Of a stretch of DNA of 64,000 nucleotides, positions 39,890 through 51,878 are shown piece after piece. The stretch is from Lytechinus pictus (taxonomy: Eukaryota): contig NC_087246.1 in NCBI RefSeq assembly GCF_037042905.1, positions 7,070,001 through 7,134,000 on the forward strand. The letters run 5' to 3'. The notes under the pieces are model-generated. The model made no database searches, was not told where the DNA came from, and saw nothing but the letters and a program-made list of their open reading frames with translations. The position numbers and the translations under genes are program-made. How positions within the stretch are numbered: the stretch's first letter is position 1; each line of letters begins with the position of its first letter.

Positions 39890-40455
39890 TTCCTATCCCC
39901 TTCATCATCCCCTCTCCTTCTCCCTTTCCCCATTTTCGTTCTCCCTTCTTTTCTTCTCTCCCTTTCCCTTCCCTTTTTCGCTTTTCCTTTCCCTTCTTTT
40001 ATTTCCTTTCTCCCTCCCCTACTCTTTTCTCGCTCTTTCCATTTTTCTTTCCCTCTCCCTTCCCCTCTTCCTTTCTTTTGTTTTCTTTCTATTTCATGGT
40101 CTCCTTTTCCCTCTCTCTCCTTTACCTTTCCCCCTCCCCTGATCTGTCTTTTCTTGTCTCTCCTTCCCTTTCCCGCCCCCTCCATTCCCTTTCTCGCTTT
40201 TTCCTTTCTCTTCTTTACTTTCCTTTCTCCCTCCCCTACTCTTTTCTCGCTCTTTCCATTTTTCTTTCCCTCTCCCTTCCCCTCTTCCTTTCTTTTGTTT
40301 TCTTTCTATTTTATGGTCTCCTTTTCCCTCTCTCTCCTTTACCTTTCCCCCTCCCCTGATCTGTCTTTCATTGTCTCTCCTTTCCTTTCCCGCCCCCTCC
40401 ATTCCCTTTCTCGCTTTTTCCTTTCCCTTCTTTTCTTTCCTTTCTCCCTCCCCTA
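39890..40455. repeat. Polypyrimidine tract built from a ~217-bp tandem unit (about 2.3 copies)
   Basis: TTTCTCCCTCCCCTAC recurs at about 40006, 40224 and 40441. Confidence 0.85.
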
Positions 40456-41305
40456 CGACTTGAATCGAGAATGTTCGATAGGAAAATTTCGCATTTCGAT
40501 TGTTGTTTGCGTAATTCCCACCGCAGTATGAGGATGACCAAGGACGGATCGAACGAAGTATCCTGGTTGAGATTTGGAGGTAAGCGATAAAAACACCTTA
40601 ATAAATAATTTATAATTCCTTTTTCAAATATATAGGCTAGGGCCTACTTAAATCATACGATCAAGATTAACATAGTGGACAAATATTGAAAGGCTTGGCG
40701 TAGTTTAGTCCCTCACATTCGTGTGATGAATGAAAACGTCAAAATGCACTATGAAATCACATGTGTTGTGCGAGGTTAGTATACTAACCTCGCATGTTGT
40801 GTGAGTGGCGCCTGCGCGAACTTCGCTCGAGGTACAGTGAAGCCTTCACAAACACGAAATAGTACGTCTGGGACTTCGTAATAACATTTCGAAATTAATA
40901 AATTAGTTTAGATACTTTTCTCTTCGTCTAATGAGCTTTTCTCATGTACAATACATACCGTTTGATTTGTTTACACTGCATCGTCACGATATTGATGATA
41001 AACAATGATAAAATCCTCGTCAATCCAAAAAATACTAGTAAAATTGGCCGGCCAACCAAACCCAAGGCACGACACGATAGTGATTGCGCAATCAACTTTA
41101 CGGTGTCCTACAAACATTTTTGAAAAATATACCGACCCATCCTCTATATTTTATCATGAGAAATCTAGTCGTTCTGCATTTTGCCCTTTCACTGCTGCTT
41201 TTACTTTCCCGAAACATTATTATTTTCCCTTATTTGAATAATATTCCCTATGTTAACGCAACAAAAGCGACAAATAAAGCAAAGCAACAGAAAACTCGTA
41301 CATGA

Positions 41306-41484
41306 CAGGGGCCGCGGAACGGTTTTCAAAGTGGGGGGGGGGGGGGTTGAGCCAAAAGTAGGGGGCTGACCATGCTAAATATCACAATCATTTGGTCATT
41401 TTTACGTTTTTGTACACTGTTTTGGAAAAAAAAGTGGGGGGGGGGGGGCTTCAGCCCTCCCCCCCCCCGGTTCCGCGGCCCCTG
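41306..41484. mobile_element. Small MITE with a 5-bp TSD
   Basis: Perfect 16-bp TIR CAGGGGCCGCGGAAC(G/C)…GTTCCGCGGCCCCTG (15 bp exact); CATGA on both sides. Confidence 0.85.
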
Positions 41485-42180
41485 CATGACTTACATGAGT
41501 CACAAATCAATTTAAGTTCAACGTCCTCTCATTGATGAATCTTCAAACCTTAATGTTATTCTGCTATTTTTACGACTAACTTTTTGTTAGGGTGAACTTC
41601 CCCTTTAAGAGCCACTTTTTTCGTATCGTAAGTAAGATGCTTCTGTTGTATTGTGTAGATGCGAGGAACTTCTGAAATTATTACGTATATGTTGATTTTT
41701 TTTTCGGAGAGGAACATCGAAATATTGATGGAACTGACACACGATCATTGATCTATTAATTTTCAGATTATTGCAGTATAAATGTATAAAGTATTGGCTT
41801 AGTGCGTTGTCATTCCATAAGATGATAAATTACAGTTTGTTTTAATTATGCTTTTTTTTTCTTCAGTCACATGTACTTATCATAATGGTGCATGGGGCTG
41901 TGCCTCATACACTCTAAAATATATATATATATATATTGGGCAGGCCAAAAGATGCTCCATGAGTGTAATTATGTGTCCAACCAATATTGGGCATTTTTAT
42001 TTATCCAGTGTGATGAAAATTTCGCCCATTGTAAAGTAGGCCTAATTGCTGCTTATTTTCTAACCTTACTGGACAATATATGTTTCCCGCATTGGGTAAA
42101 ATACTGCCTGAAATTGGTTGCACATATAATTACCCTCGTGCCGGTTAAAATTTTAACAAACTCTACAGTGTACCTGAATA

Positions 42181-43317
42181 CAGTGGCGTACCGTGGGTTA
42201 TGGCATTTGGGGGGCACCAGAAAATTTTTGAGCCACTAAGTGAGCGCGCTTCAGTCGCCAGGTATATATACTGACCTAATAGAGACATTTTTTAAGGACA
42301 GTGTTATTAAACGGATATGTATCTCACTGATCAAAATAATGCGAGTGCGTAGCGAGAGCTGAAAATTTGTTATATTAAAACCTGAAAAAGGGACATTATA
42401 AGGAAAATTTTGTAATCATAATATGTACCTGTTTCGCTAAACAAACAATGCGAGCGCGAAGCGCAAGCTGAATTTTTGTATATATTGACCCCAAACAAGG
42501 ACATTTTCACCATAGTCATCTAATGCGAGTGCAAAGCGCTTGCTGATTTTATTAGAATTATATCTAAACACATGAAGCACTTGTTATCTTGATTAACATA
42601 CCCATCTCACTAATCAAATATTGCGAGTTCGAAGCGCGGGCTGAAAATTTAGGAAATTCAGACCTGAAGAGCGGCATTCTAAGGCTTGTTGTAAGAATTT
42701 CACTAAGGCCATACGTATTTCACTATCCAGATGATGAGAGCGCGAAGCGCGAGCTGAAAATTTTTGATATTCATATCAGAAAAGGGGACATTTTAAGGAC
42801 TGATTTTAGGAATTCATGAAGAGCAGACATATCTCACAAATCCACTAATGTGAACGTAAGCACGGATAGGAAACGATTTATATTAAGACCTTAACATGTG
42901 GGCAATCACTTTATGTAGTCATGAAAAAGAAGCACATGTCACTACATGAAACGATAATAACTCGAATTGCGAGGAAATATATTTGGTGTATATTGACTTG
43001 AAAACGGGAGGTTTTAGTACAACAGGATTATATAATATCTCGTTAAACAGACAATGCGAGCACCAGGAACAATGAAAACATAGGCCCTGACCCCTGAGCA
43101 AATTATTTTTCATAGAGTTATGAAAAAAATGTTTCTTATGTAATATAACATAACATAATCATAATATTATATAACATTATAATGAACAATAATTTCTTAT
43201 TTCCCCACTATGTTTCTCTTCCTTTCTCCCTCTTTTTCTCTTTTTCCCTATTTTTTTTTGCCAGCCGATGGGGGGGGGGGGGCACGTGCCCCCATGACCT
43301 CCGTAGTTACGCCAATG
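42181..43317. mobile_element. hAT-like MITE with GCGAGCGCGAAGCGCGAGCTGAAA internal repeats
   Basis: CAGTGGCGTA / TACGCCAATG termini; perfect 8-bp TSD CCTGAATA. Confidence 0.9.
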
Positions 43318-44210
43318 CCTGAATAGAATACTTATCATTCAAAAGATGGCTGTAAGGGCAATCACCTTTAGCAAATTTAGAACAAATTCCATTCTTTTGT
43401 TAAAAAGAACTCAATATCCTTGACATTTGTTAATTACATAAATTTCTCATAACAACTGTTGTAAACAAATCAATTAATGGAAAACCTCATCCTCTTACTG
43501 ATTATCGAAATTGAATTTAATTTTTAAAAAATGGATCTAACCCATTCCGCAAATGAGCTCTTCATATCATTGTTAAAACTACATATTTTTCTGAAACTTT
43601 TTGTTGTGGAATCATTGCATAAGCATATACATGTAAATTATTATGGCTATATTAGCTAAAATGTGGGTCATTTAATTGTTGTAATGAATATTCATGTGTG
43701 AAGTCCAGATCAAGGGATATGGAACCCAAATATGAACCATTTGGGTCCCATGCAGAAGGTTCATCTGGGAGCCAGATGGCTTTTCTAATGTGAAATCAAC
43801 TTGATCCCACATGGTGTGAATGCATGTGGTCTCAGGGGCGGTATATTTGTGGGGAGGGGGGGGGGGGCAAAAAGGGCACTTATATGTCAAGATTGGCATT
43901 TTTGTGCAAACAAGTATTTCAACGTCAGATTGCTGGCGTTTCTGCCTGAATTAGCTGTGTGTTTCGCGACAATTTAGTTGAGGGAAGCGTTTAATAAAAA
44001 ATATTTCTGATTGATTAAATATTTATTAAGCTCTAGTTTCGCGAGCGAGTGTAGCGAGCGAGCGGTTTTTTAAATTTTGAAATTGAAAGATGTAACACTC
44101 GCTTTGTTGTCAATTTTGGCGCTATTTACTTTAAATAAGGCATCCTTTCTCTTGAACCAGGGCCCTGAGAACGATTTTTTTGGCTGGGGGTGCTGAAGTA
44201 GGCTTAAATT

Positions 44211-45455
44211 CAGGGGCGGATCAAGCTTTCGCCAATGGGGGGGGGGGGGGAGATTTCACCTATATTTTTTCAATCGGCCATTCAACGTTGATTTTTGTTT
44301 GTATCTTCGTGACAATCACTTCTTAGCTATATTCTTATAAAACATAATAACCTCATAAGCCATATTGCAATAGTGCGAAGCGCGTGCTATTTTTTTTTTA
44401 ATTTTCATGTATTTTGTCTATAATAAAGTGATACCTATTAATAATCAAATAAAGCGAACGTGAAGCGCGAGCTGAATATTTTTGACATTCCAACCTAAAA
44501 AATGGAATGTCTTTATAATCATGAGCAGCATATAGGTATATATATAACTTAACTATGCGAACGCGAAGCGCGAGCAGAAAAAAAATTAGATTTAGACCTT
44601 AAAAACGGGGCACTCTATTCATGTTTTAAATCTTGAAAAGAATGGGTACTTGAGATTCCTAAGTCAATAATGTGAGCGCGAAGCGCGATCAGAAAATTTG
44701 AGTCTGAAATTGGATAATACAAGCATAAAGAACAAGCTACATATCTCAATAAACATGCGTGCGTGTGTTATAGATTTATACCTAGTATCATGAAAATCAA
44801 TAATGTGAGCGCGAAGCGCTAGCTGAAAATATTTAATATTCCTGTCTGAAAAACGGTCAATTTAAGCACTAATTAAAGCACTGTGTAGGAAAATTGTTAA
44901 GTGGATATTTTGATGCGAGTGTGCAGCGCGAGCTGATATTTATTTTATTTTTATTTCATTTAATTTTTGTTCATTTCATTTATTTCACATTAAAAACCAA
45001 TGCACACAGTTACTTAAGAAAGAAAAGAAAATTACTCCATGTACATAATATAGACAGAGAGAAAAAAAAACATACAACAAAATAAAAAATACAATGGTAA
45101 ATAATGTGACCGGGGCTAGAAAAGCAGAGCTTATCGAATCTAGCCTCGGCAGAAATGGAGAATACGAGAAGAAATGAGAGGCCCATCCCGGAAGCACGTA
45201 CGGTCAGAGGCATTAGGCACTCTGACCGTGACCAACGAGAGTAGCTCTCTCCTCCAGTGAACACGGGGGGGGGGGTACAGAAAAGGGGGAATTAAAACGA
45301 GTTACACACTGATTTTAATTAATGATTATTTAGAATTGCACAGATTTTGACCTAGGACCTAGGACCGGGACATTCTTTGGTAATCATTATTTTTGTTTTA
45401 CTTTGCAGCCCAAGGGCGGGAGTTAAACCCTTAATCCCCCGTAGATCCACCACTG
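44211..45455. mobile_element. hAT-like MITE containing a nested LINE 3' end (about 44938-45265, minus)
   Basis: CAGGGGCGGATC / GATCCACCACTG termini; GCGAAGCGCGAG repeats; no clean TSD. Confidence 0.65.
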
Positions 45456-45629
45456 CAAGTATACGCTAATTTGGGTTAACACAAAATAGGACTGATGATA
45501 AATCATAAATTGGTTAACAATCACAATGACATGGTGGTTTTAACGATTTTTACACGCCAGCCTAGTTTCCATATTCAAAAGACCAAAGGATTTTGCTTCT
45601 TGAAAATCAAGTTATAAAGTCAAAAAGGG

Positions 45630-45668
45630 GCCTAAGCTTTCGATCCTAGCAGAATCTTCGTCGGAGGC
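45630..45668 (-). ncRNA. Minimal type I hammerhead ribozyme of the PLE
   Basis: GCCT-CCGACGA-AGATTCTGCTAGGATC-GAAA-GCTT-AGGC: stem I GCCU/AGGC, stem II, short palindromic stem III. Confidence 0.8.
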
Positions 45669-46411
45669 AAAATGACAAACATATAAAGTGGAACAACCAT
45701 AATATAGACCACAAACAAGCTACAGCAACACTAGAAACAAGGAGACAAAAGGGGCATTAGTGAGTAGAGAAGACCAATCAGGTTAGTGAAGGGGATGAAA
45801 GAAAAGGAGTAGGCAGACACAAAGGGAAGTTAGTGTAAGTAAGGCCAAGAGGGATTAAGATAATGAGGCAGGCAACATCAAACAGGATCTGGAACAAAAC
45901 AGTGATAGAGGGATGAATAACTAGAGAATTAGTGAGAGGTGGGTCAAACAGGTTACAAAGAAAGGCTTAATAAACTGGTGCATAAGAGGGGGGGGGGGGG
46001 GAGAAGAAAAAGAATGGGGAACAACTGATAATGTGCAAAAGACATATAAGTATATATGATAAAGCATTAAACAAACTAAGAGAAAAAGGTAAGTGTAAAT
46101 ATGTATCTATAAGTGATATGTATATAAATATATCCAAAAAAGAAATGTATATGAAAAAATATATAAATATATACACATATGGTGTAACTGATATGGTAAT
46201 CCGCTAGGTGTGACGGGAAAAAACATAAGACTATATAGTAGGAAAGAAAAAAAATCTGTATATGTGAAAAAGAGGAAGCAAATTGCCTAAAAAGGTAAAA
46301 GCAAATATAGAAGAGAGGGGGTGTATTATGAAGAAACCATAGTATACATGTAAATAAGCAAATGTGGTAAATCTAAAAGAGGTGAGTGGAGAAAAAACAA
46401 ATATATATTTA

Positions 46412-46452
46412 TCACTTGATAAAGAGTTGCAGCGGCACTCGAAAGCTCGTGA
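46412..46452 (+). ncRNA. Second minimal hammerhead ribozyme (U3-A8 core variant) in a short insertion of about 46410-46590
   Basis: TCAC-TTGATAA-AGAGTTGCAGCGGCACTC-GAAA-GCTC-GTGA; flanked by TA-rich/(TA)n sequence; followed by a roughly 45-bp tandem duplication. Confidence 0.7.
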
Positions 46453-46771
46453 ACTTGTAAGCTAGTGAACACTTTTTGCGAGAGTGATCACGAATTTCCT
46501 AGAAAGCCAGTGAACACTTTTTGCGAGAGTGATCACGAATTTCCTTGTTGACCATAGTAGATTGCGAGACAAATGAATACCCTCTAGCGATTATATATAT
46601 ATATATATATAATAATTATTATATCGCCTGAATAAGGAAGGAAAAATTGGAGCTGAGCTTGTATGAGATATGGGAGGAAAGTAGAGTAAGAAACTATAAT
46701 GTAACTATTCAAAAGAGCTGAGGGGAAAAATTATATGTATATATAAATTGAAAGTGGATAGGAAAGAAAAA

Positions 46772-49438
46772 TCAGTCGTTCCCCTCTTGGATGTTCAGGC
46801 CATGAGGTTGGGTGGTGCGAAGTCGTCTCATCCAGAGCTTCTCCCTGCTAGTACGGACTGAGTCAGGACGGGTACCTAAAGATTCGATGCCCTGTAGCAT
46901 CATGTCAGTGATGGAGTGGTTGGGGAGGTTAAAATGGCGGCCAACTGGAGTGTCCAGCTTTGCTGTGTTGACGGTGGATCTGTGCCCGTAGAATCGTTTC
47001 TTGAGTGTGGTCTTGGTTTCCCCTATGTATTGTACCCTACAAACTCTGCAAGTGATGAGATATACAACATTAGTGGTAGTGCATGTGATGTTGCCCTTGA
47101 TTTGGTGAGACAGGCTGGTAGAGTTGCTGGTGAAAGTATCGCCCTCGTGAAGGTGTATTTCACATATGATGCACCTGTTGCTGGTGCATTTGAAGGTGCC
47201 ATGCTGTATGGGAGAAGAATGGTTAGTGAGGGAGGGCACTTCAGCACGAACAATGAGGTCCCTGAGATTCGGTGGGCGTCGGTATGCTAGAAGGGGAGTA
47301 TCGGGAACGGCCTGTTGGAGACGATCAGAAGTGTGTAAAATGTGGTGGTTATCAAACAGGATTTTGCGGAGAGGGGGTAGATTGGGATGGAAGGTGGTCA
47401 CAAGCGGTATTCTGTCGGTGGTCTCCTTGTCACTTTTTGGTTTGAGAACTTCAGATCTGGGGAGAGAACGAACTTTGTTAATTGCCAGTTGGACTGCCCT
47501 GGCCCCGTGGCCCCTAGCACAGAGATGTTTCTGCAGATTCCTGGCATGGAAGGAAAAATCAGGGTCCTCGGAGCAGATACGGCGAAGTCTGAGGGCTTGA
47601 CTGTAAGCGATGCCGGTTTTGCAGTGACGGGGGTGGCAGCTGGATGAGTGGAGGTACTGGTGGGTATCTGTGGGTTTAGAGTATAGGGTAGTGGTGATAC
47701 CATTAGACTTTTTCTGGACTGTAACATCAAGGAAGTGGGTTTCCTGTTGGGAGAAATCAGAAGTGAATTGGATGGTCCTGTGGAAGGAATTGATGTGGTC
47801 AATGAATGTATGGAGGCTGTCTTCATCCCTGGTCCAGATGAAGAAAATGTCGTCTATGTAACGCCACCAAATCCATGGGCGACAGGGGGCTGAATCTAAC
47901 ATCTGCTGTTCCAGCTTCGTCATGAAGAGACAGGCGAATGAAGGAGCCATCCGGGTGCCCATTGCTGTACCGAATATCTGTAGGTAGTGCTTGCCCATGA
48001 ATGTGAAGTTGTTTTTTGTTAGTACATGAGACATCAGAGATTTGATATCGGATATGGGGGGACTGGAATGGCCACTGGCGGCCAAGGCTTCACATGATGC
48101 TTGGATACCTTCGTCGTGGGGAATGCTGGTGTACAGTGAAGAAACATCGAAAGTGCCGATGATCGCAGTCTCGGGTATCTGGTCCTTGATGTCATTTAGT
48201 TTCCTGAGAAAGTCTGGAGTGTCGTGGATGTAAGAGGGTGCACGTGAGACAAGGGGCTTAATGTGGTAATCAACAAAAAGGGAGATGTTCTCTGTTGAGG
48301 AACCATTTCCTGAGAGGATGGGTCGACCGGGGTTGCCAGGTTTGTGGATCTTCGGGAGGAGATAGAAGCGGGCAGGTTTAGCATTAGTAGGGGAGAGAAA
48401 TTTGTGGGCCTTCTCAGAGAGATACTCGCGTTCTTTCATGTCATTCAGTGTCGATTGGATCTGTAGGGAGAAATTACAAGTAGGGTCAGAATCGAGGAGT
48501 GCATAGTGAGATCGATTATTGAGATGTTTCATGGCTTCATCGATGTACTGCTGGCGGTCCATAACAACGACGGCTGATCCTTTGTCTGCAGGCTTGATGA
48601 TGATGTCGGACCTGTTTTTGAGTGATGAGAGAGCCTGGCGTTCTTCTCGAGGAAGGTTGTCATGTGCTCTGGTGTCGAGGGTATCTGTGGAGCGAACTTG
48701 GGATGAGACAGCTTGGATGTAAGTTTCAAGGGAAGGAACTCTATTCTTAGGTGGAATCCATGTGCTTTTCTTGTAGAAGGGCTCGGGATCAGAAGGGGGT
48801 GCATCTAAAAAGAACTCTTTGAGACGTATCCTGCGATAGAATGTAGAGAGGTCTTGGCTGAGAGCTATCTGTTCAACTTCTGGTGGCGTGGGGCAAAACT
48901 TGAGACCTTTAGAGAGAAGAGAGGTTTCTGCTTGGGAGAGAGGGGAGGATGAGAGATTAACAACCAAATGGGGGGATACATCATTGTTGTTGGTATGTCG
49001 TCTAAATCTGTTTGACCGTTGTCGCTTCTTTGTGAGGTTGCCTATTTTCTTGTTCCTGCGTTCAGTGAGGAGAGACCTGTGTTTAGAGAGATCAGATTCA
49101 ATTTCATCATTATACTGAAGCCATTGGGTTTGGGTACAGCAAGAACGTAGTTCGTCTTCCAGGCTACTGATGTCAGCTGAAAAAGAATCAAGAGAAGCAA
49201 TACACTGTTCAGAGAGGATGTTAATTAATCGAACTGAAGCTCCATGTAAGGTCTGGTTCCATCGTTTGCGAAGTTCAGGTGTGAGCGTACCGAGACCGGG
49301 AGTGCAATGAAGTTGGAGGCCTGTGGGTATAATGCGATTAAGGGAATAAAATCTGTAATTGTCCTGGTGAAAAGAGGTCTTGAGGGCCTTCAGCTTGATC
49401 TTCCTGAGCTGGTGAAATAAAGATAGATGGTTAGTCAT
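46772..49438 (-). CDS. PLE polyprotein: reverse transcriptase + GIY-YIG endonuclease (888 aa from MTNH; the ORF extends to 49495)
   Basis: VVNLS…LSKGLKF, IKPADKG, GTAMG, RYIDD, CxxxxCxxC linker, VVYLITC..C..QYIGET and PHGLN; no stops or frameshifts. Confidence 0.95.
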   Translation of the reverse strand: MTNHLSLFHQLRKIKLKALKTSFHQDNYRFYSLNRIIPTGLQLHCTPGLGTLTPELRKRWNQTLHGASVRLINILSEQCIASLDSFSADISSLEDELRSCCTQTQWLQYNDEIESDLSKHRSLLTERRNKKIGNLTKKRQRSNRFRRHTNNNDVSPHLVVNLSSSPLSQAETSLLSKGLKFCPTPPEVEQIALSQDLSTFYRRIRLKEFFLDAPPSDPEPFYKKSTWIPPKNRVPSLETYIQAVSSQVRSTDTLDTRAHDNLPREERQALSSLKNRSDIIIKPADKGSAVVVMDRQQYIDEAMKHLNNRSHYALLDSDPTCNFSLQIQSTLNDMKEREYLSEKAHKFLSPTNAKPARFYLLPKIHKPGNPGRPILSGNGSSTENISLFVDYHIKPLVSRAPSYIHDTPDFLRKLNDIKDQIPETAIIGTFDVSSLYTSIPHDEGIQASCEALAASGHSSPPISDIKSLMSHVLTKNNFTFMGKHYLQIFGTAMGTRMAPSFACLFMTKLEQQMLDSAPCRPWIWWRYIDDIFFIWTRDEDSLHTFIDHINSFHRTIQFTSDFSQQETHFLDVTVQKKSNGITTTLYSKPTDTHQYLHSSSCHPRHCKTGIAYSQALRLRRICSEDPDFSFHARNLQKHLCARGHGARAVQLAINKVRSLPRSEVLKPKSDKETTDRIPLVTTFHPNLPPLRKILFDNHHILHTSDRLQQAVPDTPLLAYRRPPNLRDLIVRAEVPSLTNHSSPIQHGTFKCTSNRCIICEIHLHEGDTFTSNSTSLSHQIKGNITCTTTNVVYLITCRVCRVQYIGETKTTLKKRFYGHRSTVNTAKLDTPVGRHFNLPNHSITDMMLQGIESLGTRPDSVRTSREKLWMRRLRTTQPHGLNIQEGND

Positions 49439-50046
49439 GGTAGAAAAGAGACCTAGAATAAAAAAAAGTGTAAAACAAAGAAAATGGATATTCATAACAA
49501 ATCAAAATATAAAGAAGGAGAAAAGTCGAGTAGATTTGAACTAGACCTAAAACAGAATGATAATAAGAATACACAAAGTTAATTGAATCAAGCTGAAAGA
49601 GACCTAGAATAAAAAAATAAGAAAGGTGTAAAACAAAGAAAATGGAAATTCAAAACAAATCAAATATAAAGAATGAGAAAAGTCGAGTAGATTTGAACTG
49701 GACCTAAAACAGAATGATGATAAGAATACACAAAGTTAATTAAATCAAGCTGAAAAGTAAAATCGACCAGACAAAGATACCAGAAAAAAAAACAAAAAAA
49801 CAAAGTTATGCAAGTTTAAGTATGGAAGGAAAGTAAACAAGAAAACACTAAAATACAAATACAGAAAATCAAACATATATGGATAAAACAAGTTCTAAGA
49901 AACGCATAAATACCGGCTCCAACAATGAATTGGTTACATAATAATCCCCTGTGATGTTGTCGCTTTTGTATCGTGCATTGGTCAGTTTGGTGTAGTAGTA
50001 CTATACAGTATATGGAGGTCAGTTGTCTTCGAAGACTGAACTCACC

Positions 50047-50229
50047 ATGAAGTCCATCAGGAGTCGTAGTCAAGACATTTTATTTCTAGTTTTGTTGTCT
50101 GCACTATAGCGATTTGCACGTTCTACTCAATTGGAAATGACATTCAAAGAGTTCGAGCCTTAGGGACTAAGACTACGTCGATCAATGACTTGGTTCAACA
50201 TGTCAGAAAAAAAGAAAAGTCAACACAAG
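50047..50229 (+). CDS. WSCD-family sulfotransferase, first coding exon (cytoplasmic tail + TM anchor + stem), with an apparent 1-nt frameshift at the T4 run 50090-50093
   Basis: ACCATGA start gives MKSIRSRSQDILFLV. A shifted frame gives FVVCTIAICTFYSIG…KEKSTQ ending at CAAG|GTAATG, whose phase 1 matches exon 51879. Confidence 0.55.
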
Positions 50230-51116
50230 GTAATGTAAACCAACCAAGTTTAATATTCGAAACAGAAGTGAAGTTACAAACGAAATTCATAAATATTTTG
50301 AAAGGTTTTGTTTTTGCTATCGTGTTTGAAGGGGAACATTTTAAGTGCCCAAACTTCTGTAATACACCATTCCCACTCACTATAAAGTTACCGTTTTGGC
50401 CATAAACTCATGAGCAATGACAATGAAAATGATAAAAACATAAAAGAAAAACAGACTGTCGCTTATAAATGTTTCAATGTCCTTATTATTCTTGAGTATT
50501 CATCGTAACATAATCGTAACATTAGTTTGTTTTTCTACTTTCAAATTAATATCTTGTAATACTGAATAATAATTGTATTATCTGTGCATTGACTACAAGA
50601 TTTTTAGAGACGAAACTTTATTCTATTTAGCCACATGGGTGTCCCAAATAATAATAAACATGATCCTGAGATTTTTCAAATTGTCAACATGAACATATAA
50701 TTATATGCAAAAAAAAGATAAAAAAAATTATACCCATATTCAAAGAAATTTGTTCTTTTTGTCACTTGATTTGCTTATCATTTCTCTTATTCATTTACTC
50801 CTTTTATGCCAAACCGGTCACCGATGTGTTGTTTTGTGTGTTCGCTTTTTGCAACTCAACCTAGGATGACCAGAGAAGGCAGAAGTTCTTCAGTGACTGA
50901 CCGTGACCCAATTCGACTTAAAAAGTTTTCTTTTTCCTTTGAAGAAAATACAAAGATCAATTAGAAAATCAACATTTCAGCTATATCTTACAGCTATATC
51001 TTACTATGTCAATTATATTTTGTCTATAAATTCCTTAAGGATACGTTATCTCGACAAACTCCATTTTTTTTTTTTGGGGGGGGGGGTTATAATCTCACAA
51101 TTTCCTCTGTTGTTAA

Positions 51117-51705
51117 AGGTCAAGTCCAAACACAAAAAAAATCTTGATTTGAATAAATAGAGAAAAAGCAAACTAGCATAACGCTGAAAATTTCATAAAA
51201 ATCGGATGTAAAATAAGTTATGACATTTTAAAGTTTCGCTTATTTTTCACAGTGATATGCACAACTCAGTGACATGCAAATGAGTCAGTCGATGATGTAT
51301 TAATGTCCATCACTCACTATTTATTTTGATTTTTATTGTTTGAATTATACAATATTTCATATTTTACAGATTTCACAATAAGGACCAACTTGACTGAACC
51401 ATATACTATAAACAATCATTCCACATGTTCCGGGAGGAATTAATCGTTGTTTCACTTGAAAATAAGGAGAAAATTATAATATTTCATTTTTCATATGATA
51501 AAATACAAAAGAAAAAGTGAGTGGATGACGTCATCAGTCTCCTCATTTGCATACCAACCAGGATTGCTTTGTGAAAATAAGCGAAACTTTAAAATGTCAT
51601 AACTTTCTTATTTTACATCCGATTTTAAAGAATTTTTCAGTGTTATGCTAGTTGGATTTTTCTCTTTTTATTCAAATCGACGTTTTGTTGGGGTGGACTT
51701 GTCCT
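51117..51705. mobile_element. TTAA-target (Kolobok-like) MITE family A, copy 2
   Basis: TTAA|AGGTCAAGTCC…GGACTTGTCCT|TTAA with long palindromic arms. Confidence 0.85.
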
Positions 51706-51878
51706 TTAACTTATTGCATACATTATATGGAAGACTTTTGTAATACATGTACATGAATATGGTTTACATTTGCTAAATGATTTATTTTTATGAATTTTTA
51801 TATCGTGATTTTTAATTGGAAATAAATGAATTTAATTGAAAAAAAAAATGTTTTTCTTCTTCAAACTGCAATATACAG

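Larger units (their letters stand above)
45613..49945 (-). mobile_element. Penelope-like retroelement (Neptune-type), near full length
   Basis: Intact RT + GIY-YIG ORF, long pyrimidine-rich 3' UTR ending in a hammerhead ribozyme. The 5' boundary is approximate. Confidence 0.9.

Noticed and set aside
39858..40531. Hydrophobic and K/R/E/G-rich ORFs
   Set aside because: Artefacts of the polypyrimidine tandem repeat.
46916..49118. Short ORFs overlapping the PLE ORF
   Set aside because: Alternative-frame and antisense shadows of the GC-richer coding sequence.
46772..49495. Selenoprotein-type (Naiad) PLE
   Set aside because: No in-frame TGA within the ORF; the terminal TGA follows the usual PHGLN end; no SECIS recognised.
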